DNA of 32,000 bases. Source: Candidatus Electrothrix yaqonensis. Lineage in GTDB: Bacteria > Desulfobacterota > Desulfobulbia > Desulfobulbales > Desulfobulbaceae. Where the stretch lies: contig CP178758.1 of the NCBI GenBank assembly GCA_047651235.1, positions 1,740,001 to 1,772,000 of the forward strand. The letters are read 5' to 3'. Within the stretch, counting starts at the first letter, position 1, and every line of letters begins with the position of its first letter. A model generated the notes under the pieces. The model saw only the letters and a list, made by a program, of their open reading frames with translations. It made no database searches and was not told the origin of the DNA. This document shows positions 16,817 through 24,977 of this stretch, piece by piece. Made by a program: the position numbers and the translations under genes.

Positions 16817-18088
16817 CTACTTGAGAAGCAACAACAGAAGGATCGGAACTAAAACTATTTTCTTCCTTGTACCGAAAACATATGCCGAGCCGGAACGTGA
16901 GGCCTTGTCGTCGTTTTCTTTAGCACCGATTACTACCGTGTCGCCGGATACGGAGACGCTTCCGCCAAAAAGGTCACCGGCTGCGCCGTCTTCCGCAATA
17001 AGTTTATCCTGCCACGTCCAGGTATCTCCGCTGCGGACAAAGATGTATGCAGAGCCGGGATATTCGTCCTCTCTGCCCTCTCCATAAGCTCCGATTACTG
17101 CCGTGTCGCCGGATACGGAGACGCTACAACCAAAATTGTCGTCAGCTGCACCGTCTTCCGCGACAAGTTTATTCTGCTGCGTCCAGGTATCTCCGGTGCG
17201 AACAAAGACGTATGCCGAGCCGGATCTTGAGCCGTTATCGTCGTCATAGGGAGCACTGATTACTGCCGTATCGCCGGATACGGAGACGCTTCTGCCGAAA
17301 ATGTTGAAGGCTGCGCCGTCTTCCGCGACAAGTTTATTCTGCTGCGTCCAGGTATCTCCGCTGCGGACAAAGACATATGCCGAACCGGAGGATGAGCCCT
17401 TATCATCGTCATAGGGAGCACCGATTACTGCCGTGTCGCCGGATACGGAGACGCTACAACCAAAATTGTCGTCAGCTGCACCGTCTTCCGCGACAAATTT
17501 ATTCTGCTGCGTCCAGGTATCTCCGCTGCGGACGAAGACATATGCCGAACCGGAGGATGAGCCTTTGTCATCGTCATAGTAAGCTCCGATTACTGCCGTA
17601 TCGCCGGATACGGAGACGCTATAGCCGAAAAAGTCGGAGGCTGCGCCGTCTTCCGCGACAAGTTTATCCTGCTGCGTCCAGGTATCTCCGCTGCGAACAA
17701 AGACGTATGCCGAACCGGAGGATGAGCCTTTGTCATCGTCATAGTAAGCTCCGATTACTGCCGTATCGCCGGATACGGAAACGCTATAGCCGAAAATGTC
17801 GGAGGCTGCGCCGTCTTCCGCGACAAGTTTATCCTGCTGCGTCCAGGTATCTCCGCTGCGGACAAAGACATATGCCGAACCGGAGAATGAGCCCTTGTCA
17901 TCGTCTCCGTGAGCACTGATTACTGCCGTGTCGCCGGATACGGAAACGCTATAGCCGAAAAAGTCGGAGGCTGCGCCGTCTTCCGCGACAAGTTTCTGTA
18001 CAGTATCGGGGTCAATGGCGGCCCGAGCCGGACTGATGGCTGCTATAAGCACTGCGATGATAAAGAAAAATCTCAGTTGTGTTTTCAT
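16817..18088 (-). CDS. Secreted seven-bladed FG-GAP (integrin-alpha-like) beta-propeller repeat protein, paralog A
   Basis: The signal peptide is MKTQLRFFFIIAVLIAAISPARA|A. Seven 55-aa units follow the pattern KLVAEDGAAxDxFGxSVSVSGDTAVIGAxxDDDKGSSSGSAYVFVRSGDTWTQQ. The C-terminal tail is IVLVPILLLLLLK and a GGAAGGAGG SD lies upstream. Confidence 0.8.
   Translation of the reverse strand: MKTQLRFFFIIAVLIAAISPARAAIDPDTVQKLVAEDGAASDFFGYSVSVSGDTAVISAHGDDDKGSFSGSAYVFVRSGDTWTQQDKLVAEDGAASDIFGYSVSVSGDTAVIGAYYDDDKGSSSGSAYVFVRSGDTWTQQDKLVAEDGAASDFFGYSVSVSGDTAVIGAYYDDDKGSSSGSAYVFVRSGDTWTQQNKFVAEDGAADDNFGCSVSVSGDTAVIGAPYDDDKGSSSGSAYVFVRSGDTWTQQNKLVAEDGAAFNIFGRSVSVSGDTAVISAPYDDDNGSRSGSAYVFVRTGDTWTQQNKLVAEDGAADDNFGCSVSVSGDTAVIGAYGEGREDEYPGSAYIFVRSGDTWTWQDKLIAEDGAAGDLFGGSVSVSGDTVVIGAKENDDKASRSGSAYVFGTRKKIVLVPILLLLLLK
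16860..17995 (-). repeat. 165-bp tandem coding repeat x7 (FG-GAP blades), up to ~97% DNA identity between neighbours
   Basis: Hand alignment of 17560-17724 against 17725-17889 gives 4 differences in 165 nt. A block gacgctacaaccaaaattgtcgtcagctgcaccgtcttccgcgaca recurs exactly 330 nt apart (~17110 and ~17440). Confidence 0.9.
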
Positions 18089-18303
18089 CCTGTCCTCCTT
18101 CCAGGATTGCAGCGGCAGGGCCGGGGAGGCGGCTGCCGCAAGGTAATCTGTTCAAACAGCACTATGCCTCCTTCAGACCGAAAAAACAAGAGTTTTTATG
18201 GAACACCTCTCCCGGCTCATACTCTCTCCACCCGGCTGCCCACATCTTCAGTGCGCAGCCTCCTTCTCCGGCAGTCCCAAGGTATCCTTGCTGTTCAGCG
18301 GCC

Positions 18304-18395
18304 GGGATCGATGCCCTGGAGGCCATTACTGCTCCCACAGTGAAGATCAGGATGCTGGCGGAGGGGTAAGAGTTTGAAAGAGGGGACGCGGCACT
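18304..18395 (+). pseudogene. Ghost copy of the hom 3' end (last ~21 codons, the stop and ~25 nt downstream)
   Basis: 18305-18369 translates as IDALEAITAPTVKIRMLAEG*, against hom IDALEAITAPTVRIRMLKEE* (16594-16657). DNA identity is about 78% by hand alignment with the same stop position. No hom-like sequence lies upstream of ~18303. Confidence 0.8.
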
Positions 18396-18446
18396 GCCGT
18401 ATCCCCGGTCGAATGATGTTCGAGCCGAATCAGCCCTGCCCCTGCA

Positions 18447-19739
18447 TCACTTGTTGAGCAAAAGGAGGAGATAGATGGCCGGAAGGAAGCCGGGATTGAT
18501 ACTGATGCTGCTGCCAGTACCATAAATATAGGCCGAACCGGCATCGGGAGCGCCATCGTCATCTCCGTACGCCCCGATCAGGACGGTATCACCGTCCACA
18601 GAGACGCTCGCTCCGAAGTAGTCCGCAGCAGCAGGAGAATGAGCAGGCAGTTTGACCTGCTCGTTCCAGGCGGAGCCGCTGCGGGTGAATATATAGGCTG
18701 AGCCGGCATCAGTGTCGCTGCCCGTTCCTATGACGGCGGTATCGCCGTCTACAGCCACACTCAGGCCGAACCGGTCTCCGGCATCAACATCAAAGGCGGT
18801 GAACTTGTCCTGTTCGCTCCAGGCGGAGCCGCTGCGGGTAAAGACATAGACTGAACCGGAATTGGCGCCGTCATCATCGGTCTCAGGTGCCCCGATCAGA
18901 ATCGTCTCACCGTCTACGGAGACGGCAGAGCCGAACTTGTCCCCATGTGCTGTATCTGAGGCGGTCAGCTCCTGCATACTCCAGCTTGAGTCGGTACGGG
19001 TGAATACATAGGCTGAACCGCAGTTTTTACTTGGAGCAGTACAATTGCGGTACGGCACCCCGATCAGGGCTGTATTATCGGACAGGGAAAGGGTAACACC
19101 GAAGCGCTCGTTATCATTGGGGGACGGATTGGCAAGTTCGTCCTGTTCGGTCCACTCCGAGCCGGTACGGGTGAACACATACGCTGATCCCTGGTTCGTG
19201 TGACCGGCGTCATCATCCTTCGGAACGCCGATCAGAGCAGTGCTGCCGGACAAGGATACGCTCTTCCCGAAGTGGTCATTGGCGGAAGGGTCCGGATGAT
19301 AGATTTTGTCCTGCTGAGTCCAGGTACCGTCTGCAGCACGGACAAACACATAGGCAGCACCGGCATCAGTCGTACCGCTGTCTTCTCCATAGGCCCCGAT
19401 CAGGGCAGTATTGCCGTCTACAGATACGCTGAAGCCGAAATAGTCTTCCTCGTCAGGCTGCGGATTGAGGATCTTGGCCTGCCTGATCCACCTCGAGCCG
19501 AAACGGACAAACACATAGGCAGCACCGGCATCAGGGGCGCCTGTGTCGTCTCCATAAGCCCCGATCAGGGCAGTATTCCCGTCCACCGAGACAGAATACC
19601 CTAAGTGGTCCTCTGCAGCTCCGTGATCGGCCAGCAGCTTCTGCACCTTGTCCGGATCAATATCCGCCCGCGCCGGTCCAGTGGTTGCCGTAACTGTGAG
19701 CAACATTAGTGAAAAGAAGAGTCTCGCTTGTATTTTCAT
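18447..19739 (-). CDS. Secreted seven-bladed FG-GAP beta-propeller repeat protein, paralog B (diverged blades)
   Basis: The signal peptide MKIQARLFFSLMLLTVTATTGPARA|D starts at Met24 of the listed ORF (ATG 19739, AAGGA SD). There are seven FGxSVSxxGxTALIGA...GSAYVF...W units. The C-terminal tail is GFLPAIYLLLLLNK. Confidence 0.8.
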   Translation of the reverse strand: MKIQARLFFSLMLLTVTATTGPARADIDPDKVQKLLADHGAAEDHLGYSVSVDGNTALIGAYGDDTGAPDAGAAYVFVRFGSRWIRQAKILNPQPDEEDYFGFSVSVDGNTALIGAYGEDSGTTDAGAAYVFVRAADGTWTQQDKIYHPDPSANDHFGKSVSLSGSTALIGVPKDDDAGHTNQGSAYVFTRTGSEWTEQDELANPSPNDNERFGVTLSLSDNTALIGVPYRNCTAPSKNCGSAYVFTRTDSSWSMQELTASDTAHGDKFGSAVSVDGETILIGAPETDDDGANSGSVYVFTRSGSAWSEQDKFTAFDVDAGDRFGLSVAVDGDTAVIGTGSDTDAGSAYIFTRSGSAWNEQVKLPAHSPAAADYFGASVSVDGDTVLIGAYGDDDGAPDAGSAYIYGTGSSISINPGFLPAIYLLLLLNK

Positions 19740-19770
19740 CCTGTTTTCCTTACAGGTCTGCTGCTGCGGA

Positions 19771-20517
19771 TTAATGGTCCGCAGATTCAATATCCCCTGC
19801 TCCGTCAATCTTCTTTATCACTTCGGAAGGAGTGCCGAAGTAAACAATATCCCCTGCCCCGTCTATTTCGGCATTGAGTACACCGGTAACATGCACTTCG
19901 GCATCCCCTGCCCCGTCGATCCGCACAGTGCATTGCTCAGCAACAAGACCGCTTAATTTCAGATCGCCGCTGCCTGTAAGAACTGCCTCAAGCTCGGCAA
20001 CCTTCCCGGCTGCAGTAATCGAGCCGGAGCCGTCCAGCTGCAGATGAAGCCGGTCTGCGACAACATCCTCCATGACCACATCCGAAACACCGTCAATCTG
20101 CAGGGAAGAGATGTCTTCCGCATTCAGAAAGATCTGCAGCGGCATCTGTGTCGTGATGCTTTTTGTCAGACCGATAAACAGGGTGCTGTTCTCCACCGCT
20201 GTCCGTATTGCCGGAAGTACAGCCTGATCAGCCGTGACAGCCGCATTGCTTTGTCCGTTGCAACGCACTGTCACTTTGCCGGGAAAGTTGTCGATGGCAA
20301 TCGAACGATAAGCAGGAAATTTCCTTGTTTCTGTTTTTGTGACGCCTGTATCCTGTGTCATCTCCCCGGCGCCTCCGTTGACCGAGATAAGAGATACTCC
20401 GCCGGTTGCTGTGTAACTAACTGATCCGGCTTCTAAACATGTACAGGTAAAGAACAGCCCGAACACCATAAGCAGCATAAGCAGCTCTGTCGCCCCAAAG
20501 AACATTCTTTTCTTCAT
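19771..20517 (-). CDS. DUF2807 / head GIN-domain protein (putative adhesin-head-like beta-helix), N-terminal signal or anchor
   Basis: Repeated GSG/GAG-D-hydrophobic rungs are present: LDGSGSITAAG, LTGSGDLKLSG, IDGAGDAEVH, IDGAGDIVYFG and IDGAGDIE. The N-terminus MKKRMFFGATELLMLLMVFGLFF is hydrophobic. Confidence 0.7.
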   Translation of the reverse strand: MKKRMFFGATELLMLLMVFGLFFTCTCLEAGSVSYTATGGVSLISVNGGAGEMTQDTGVTKTETRKFPAYRSIAIDNFPGKVTVRCNGQSNAAVTADQAVLPAIRTAVENSTLFIGLTKSITTQMPLQIFLNAEDISSLQIDGVSDVVMEDVVADRLHLQLDGSGSITAAGKVAELEAVLTGSGDLKLSGLVAEQCTVRIDGAGDAEVHVTGVLNAEIDGAGDIVYFGTPSEVIKKIDGAGDIESADH

Positions 20518-20811
20518 CTTATCGCGCTCCCTTCTTTAAATCCACAATTTATAGAATATATAGAATCCTGACTGATGGGTACCATAGAGCGCCGTCCGGT
20601 GCAATTATTTCCTGCCTCTTTTTATAGTTACAGAATTGTCCGGACTGAAATCATCATCTCAGGACTGGCTGCATTGGGCTATATTGCGATTTGAGATAAT
20701 GACCAATTTTTCTGTTGACCTGATCTGCCGATTAAGGTACTGATGGGCAGTCTGCTGTTTTTGTAGTAAAATATTTTCATACTGTCCGCCCGTACAAACA
20801 GGAGGTCTCTG

Positions 20812-21258
20812 ATGAATCTGATGTGCCCGGTTTCCTTTAAACAGGTCAATGAAAACTGTGTCCGGCTCAACGCTGCTCTCGCTTTTTTCTCCATTCTTCT
20901 TTTTCTTTGCACGTCCTGGAAGTGGATCATCCTGATTACTGCTGCAGATTTTTTCGTCCGTGGTTTCCTTAATCCCCAGTACAGCCTGTTTTCTACAATC
21001 AGCAAAAATATTCTTTCCCTGTTCAAAGCCAAGCCCGTTATGGTCGATGCCTGTCCGAAAATTTTTGCCGCCAAAATCGGTTTTCTGTTTTGCTGTATCC
21101 TGACCGTCTCCTGGCTCTTCCATCTTAACGGTACCGCGCTGATTGCCGGAGTAATCTTTATGACCTGCGCCGCCTTGGAGGCATTGTTCAGGTTCTGCGT
21201 GGCCTGCAGGATATACCCGTTGATTTACAGCGCAAAAGCTGCAAAAGCCGGGCAGTAA
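20812..21258 (+). CDS. DUF4395-family small membrane protein
   Basis: VNENCVRLNAAL is followed by 3-4 hydrophobic segments and a C-terminal FRFCVACRIY motif, which fits the DUF4395 pattern as I remember it. ACAGGAGG is the SD. Confidence 0.6.
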   Translation: MNLMCPVSFKQVNENCVRLNAALAFFSILLFLCTSWKWIILITAADFFVRGFLNPQYSLFSTISKNILSLFKAKPVMVDACPKIFAAKIGFLFCCILTVSWLFHLNGTALIAGVIFMTCAALEALFRFCVACRIYPLIYSAKAAKAGQ

Positions 21259-21341
21259 ATCAAATATACGTACCCGCCCTATACCCGATTATCCGGTTCA
21301 ACCGTTGATCACCAACTCTCTCAGAGCCCAAAGAAGGAACT

Positions 21342-22238
21342 ATGCCTGAAACTACGCCTGCAGTATCTGAAGCCGCAACCCCTTGGATTTTCGGCGAAGT
21401 CCTGTTTGATACCTTTCCCGACGGCACCGCTGTCCTGGGAGGAGCGCCCTTTAATGTGGCTTGGAATTTGGCCGCTTTTCAGGCTGCCCCCAAAATAATT
21501 ACTGCGGTGGGCGATGATGCTCAGGGGCGGATAATTCAGGAGCGGATGGACGACTGGCAGATGAGCCGGGAACACCTTGCTGTTCTCCCGGAATATCCCA
21601 CCGGGAAAGTGACTGTCTGCTTGACCGACGACGAGCCGTCCTATACTATTGAGGAGAATCAGGCCTACGACAATATTCCCCTGACCTGCCTGCCGGAACG
21701 CACAGAGGGTTTTCTTTATTTCGGCTCGCTGGCTCTGCGCACCGCCCATAATCAGGAAGTACTGGCTGCGCTGCGAAAACGGCATCAGGGCAAAATTTTT
21801 GTCGATATCAATCTCAGGCCGCCGTTCTGGGACAAAGACAGCGCCCTTGCTCTTGTGCAGGATGTACACTGGCTCAAGCTGAATGAAGCGGAACTCGCCA
21901 TGATTGCTGAGGGAACGGATATGGAGGAGCGTGCCCGGCAGCTCAGGGCCGCCTGCGGTTTAGAGGGCATCGTGGTGACCTGCGGCAGCAGAGGCGCCTT
22001 TGCCCTTGGTCCGGATAACGCGCCCATGCAGGTCAGACCGGAGCATGTACAGGAGGTGAAGGATACAGTGGGCGCAGGTGATGCCTTTACTTCGGTTCTC
22101 CTGCTCGGCCTGCTGCACTCTTGGACATTACAGGACACATTGGCCCGCGCCCAGCAGTTTGCCTCCGCCGTGGTCGGCCTCCGGGGTGCGGTGAGCACGG
22201 ACAGCAGGTTTTATCAGCAGCATCTTCAATCCTGGTAA
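21342..22238 (+). CDS. PfkB-family sugar kinase, fructokinase-like
   Basis: The N-terminal motif is FGEVLFD...GGAPFNVAWNL and the C-terminal motif is DTVGAGDAFTSVLLLGL. AAGGAA is the SD. Confidence 0.85.
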   Translation: MPETTPAVSEAATPWIFGEVLFDTFPDGTAVLGGAPFNVAWNLAAFQAAPKIITAVGDDAQGRIIQERMDDWQMSREHLAVLPEYPTGKVTVCLTDDEPSYTIEENQAYDNIPLTCLPERTEGFLYFGSLALRTAHNQEVLAALRKRHQGKIFVDINLRPPFWDKDSALALVQDVHWLKLNEAELAMIAEGTDMEERARQLRAACGLEGIVVTCGSRGAFALGPDNAPMQVRPEHVQEVKDTVGAGDAFTSVLLLGLLHSWTLQDTLARAQQFASAVVGLRGAVSTDSRFYQQHLQSW

Positions 22239-22271
22239 CAGGGAACATATTTTATCCGCCTTATTTGCCTT

Positions 22272-24239
22272 ATGTACGAGCAGGTTGCCCACTCTCTTCT
22301 GAACCGGATCCTTGACGGCATGAAGCCCGACTTTCACAAGAGGGATCTGCGGCATTTCTATACCCGGCTGGGGGCCAACTTTTATGCGATCCATACCCTG
22401 TTTGACAAACTCTACGGCAGGCTCCCGGACTTCGAGGACTACATGCTGCGCCTTGTCGAAGTGCTGGCCAGAAATTACCTAGACCGCCCGGCTGAACTGC
22501 AGGAAATCGATGTCGCCCGCGAAGAGGACCATAACTGGTTTCTCCATCAGCAATGGGTGGGCATGGCCCTCTACCTGGACGGATTTGCAGGCAATCTGCA
22601 GGGATTGAAAGAGAGAATCCCCTACCTCCAGGAACTGGGGATCAATCTGGTGCATATCATGCCCATTCTCAAAAGCCCTGCCGGAAAAAGCGATGGCGGT
22701 TATGCAGTGAGCGATTTCCGGGAAATCAATACAAAAGCAGGGACGCTGGAAGACGTCCGCGAGCTGGCCGCCGCCTTCCGGGAGCACGGCATTCTCCTGA
22801 CCTTGGATGTGGTCCTGAATCATACCTCCAATCAGCATGAATGGGCTGAAAAAACCCGGCAAGGCGACCTGCTCTACCAAGATTATTTCTTTATTTTTGA
22901 AGACCGTAATCTCCCGGATATGTTTGAGCAGACCATGCCCGAAGTCTTCCCGGATACCGACCCAGGCAACTTCACCTGGGATGAAGCCATGCAGAAGTGG
23001 GTCATGACGGTCTTTCATGATTACCAGTGGGACCTGAATTACTCCAATCCTATGGTCTTTCTGGAAATGCTGGATATTATCCTCTTCTGGACCAACCAAG
23101 GGGCTGATATTGTCCGGCTGGATGCAGTGGCCTTTCTCTGGAAAGAGCTGGGCACGAGCTGTCAGAACCGCCCGGAAGCGCATCTGCTTCTCCAGCTGTT
23201 CAAAGACTGCTGTCAGGTCACGGCACCGGGTCTGCTCTTTATTGCCGAAGCCATTGTTGCGCCGCTGGAGGTAATCAAATACTTCGGCGAAGATGCCGTC
23301 GTGGCCAAGGAATGCGAAATCGCCTATAATGCTACCTTCATGGCCCTACTCTGGGAAGCAACCTCGACCCATAACAGCAAACTGCTTGCCCATGCCATCA
23401 AGAGTCTGCCTGATAAACTGGAGCGGGCAACCTGGCTCAACTATGTCCGCTGTCACGATGACATCGGATTCGGGTTCGATGATGAGGATATCAGAAAAGC
23501 AGGTTATGCTCCTTCTGAGCACCGCAGATTTCTGATGCAATACCTGACAGGGGAATTTGAAGGTTCCTATTCTGCGGGTCGGCTTTTCGCCTTTAACGAA
23601 AAAACCGGGGATGCCCGTGTGTCCGGTACCCTGGCTTCACTGGCCGGGCTGGAGTACGCTGTGGAGCAGCAGGATGCGCAGGAGATAGACTTTGCAGTCA
23701 GGCGTATTCTGCTGCTTCACAGTCTGATTCTTTCTTTCGGCGGTATCCCCATGCTCTATTATGGCGATGAGGTCGGTACATTCAATGATTTCAGCTATAC
23801 GGAAGATGAGAACAAAGCTGACGACAGTCGTTGGATGCACCGCCCGAAGTTGAACTGGGATACCTTGACCCGCAGAGATGAACCGAGCACTCCGGAATAC
23901 ACTATCTTTCAGGAACTGCGTAAAATGATCGCGGTCCGCAAAGAGATCACTGCTTTTGCCGATTTCAATAACCGGAGGCTGATTGACCTGGATAATGAGC
24001 ATCTGTTCGCCTTTATCCGCTCAGACCATCCGCGTTATTATCGACGTTCTGCCGAGTCAATTTTTGTTCTTGCCAATTTTGACCGCCACCCCCAGGCTGC
24101 GGATCTGAATGCTCTGAATGAATACGGTTTCGGCGATTCCGAATCATTGTTCGACCTCTTCACCGGACGTCCGCCGCATTGCTTCCGTAATGAGCTGATC
24201 CTTTCTCCGTATCAGTTTTACTGGCTCAGAAACGGCTGA
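22272..24239 (+). CDS. Amylosucrase-type GH13 alpha-glucanotransferase
   Basis: The sequence carries INLVHIMPIL, SDGGYAVSDFREI and LDVVLNHTSNQHEWA. The nucleophile region is VRLDAVAFLWKELGTSCQN, the acid/base is FIAEAIV, and YVRCHDDIGFGF and FQWDLNYSNP are also present. These are characteristic of amylosucrases. Confidence 0.88.
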   Translation: MYEQVAHSLLNRILDGMKPDFHKRDLRHFYTRLGANFYAIHTLFDKLYGRLPDFEDYMLRLVEVLARNYLDRPAELQEIDVAREEDHNWFLHQQWVGMALYLDGFAGNLQGLKERIPYLQELGINLVHIMPILKSPAGKSDGGYAVSDFREINTKAGTLEDVRELAAAFREHGILLTLDVVLNHTSNQHEWAEKTRQGDLLYQDYFFIFEDRNLPDMFEQTMPEVFPDTDPGNFTWDEAMQKWVMTVFHDYQWDLNYSNPMVFLEMLDIILFWTNQGADIVRLDAVAFLWKELGTSCQNRPEAHLLLQLFKDCCQVTAPGLLFIAEAIVAPLEVIKYFGEDAVVAKECEIAYNATFMALLWEATSTHNSKLLAHAIKSLPDKLERATWLNYVRCHDDIGFGFDDEDIRKAGYAPSEHRRFLMQYLTGEFEGSYSAGRLFAFNEKTGDARVSGTLASLAGLEYAVEQQDAQEIDFAVRRILLLHSLILSFGGIPMLYYGDEVGTFNDFSYTEDENKADDSRWMHRPKLNWDTLTRRDEPSTPEYTIFQELRKMIAVRKEITAFADFNNRRLIDLDNEHLFAFIRSDHPRYYRRSAESIFVLANFDRHPQAADLNALNEYGFGDSESLFDLFTGRPPHCFRNELILSPYQFYWLRNG

Positions 24240-24403
24240 TCTTTTTCGGATTGAGTCTGAAAAAAGCGGAAAAAAGCGTTGAGTTCAGCTGCCGGTAATG
24301 GTCTATTAAAAGTCTTATTGAACGACTGCGTAAAAATATCAGAGGAGACTCCGATTTTCGATCGATCCTCGATTAACAAGAATACTCCCAAAGGAGCAAA
24401 AAA

Positions 24404-24868
24404 ATGGCAGAACAAAAAGGCACGCAGCAGGATCTTCCTGTTTTTCGTATGCAGAAAATGTACATCAAAGATCTCTCTTTTGAGAATCCCAATGCCCCGC
24501 AAATTTTTCTGCCCCAGGGGCAGGAACCCAAGGTTGACTTCAACCTGCGGCTCGGCAATAAAAAAGCAGATGATGACCATTATGAAGTTTCGATCTCCAT
24601 TACAGCCAAAGTGATGGATCAGAAAGCTGACGATACAGTCATGTTTATCCTGGAACTGGAACATGCTGCAATCTTTCTGCTGAAAAATATCCCGGCCGAA
24701 CACATCCCGCGTGTGCTGGCAGTGGATTGCCCTCTGATGCTCTTTCCTTTTACCCGGCAGGTTTCCTCCCAGATTTCCGTAGATGGGGGATTCATGCCGT
24801 TCCTTATGGAACCTATTAATTTTGTTGCTCTGTACGAAAAAGCACAGCAGCAGCAAAAAGACGCATAA
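24404..24868 (+). CDS. secB: Protein-export chaperone SecB
   Basis: FRMQKMYIKDLSFENPNAPQIF resembles the SecB N-terminus. The ORF is 154 aa and AAAGGAG is the SD. Confidence 0.9.
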   Translation: MAEQKGTQQDLPVFRMQKMYIKDLSFENPNAPQIFLPQGQEPKVDFNLRLGNKKADDDHYEVSISITAKVMDQKADDTVMFILELEHAAIFLLKNIPAEHIPRVLAVDCPLMLFPFTRQVSSQISVDGGFMPFLMEPINFVALYEKAQQQQKDA

Positions 24869-24900
24869 TCATAGCTCATCGATTCAGGTTCAAAAGAAAA

Positions 24901-24945
24901 AGCCCGGACAGCTTAAAACGTAAAGTTTGTCCGGGCTTCAGTTTT
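24901..24945. terminator. Bidirectional rho-independent terminator between convergent secB and the lipoprotein gene
   Basis: A perfect 10-bp GC-rich stem pairs agcccggaca (24901-24910) with tgtccgggct (24928-24937) around a 17-nt loop. It is flanked by aaaagaaaa on the left and tcagtttt on the right, which gives a U-tract on either strand. Confidence 0.7.
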
Positions 24946-24977
24946 CCGCAGTAACGGATTTTTTTTGAACTTCTTTC

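Noticed and set aside
18079-18369. I considered whether the 96-aa ORF ending in ...IDALEAITAPTVKIRMLAEG is a real gene.
   Set aside because: Only the last ~21 codons have homology (to hom). The remainder is Pro/Ser/Ala-rich read-through of the FG-GAP A promoter region, so I interpret the ORF as a pseudogene fragment.
18450-18491. The tail of FG-GAP B contains PGF, which resembles the archaeal PGF-CTERM sorting signal.
   Set aside because: Paralog A lacks PGF, the hydrophobic stretch is far shorter than a PGF-CTERM helix, and the organism is evidently bacterial. The match is probably coincidental.
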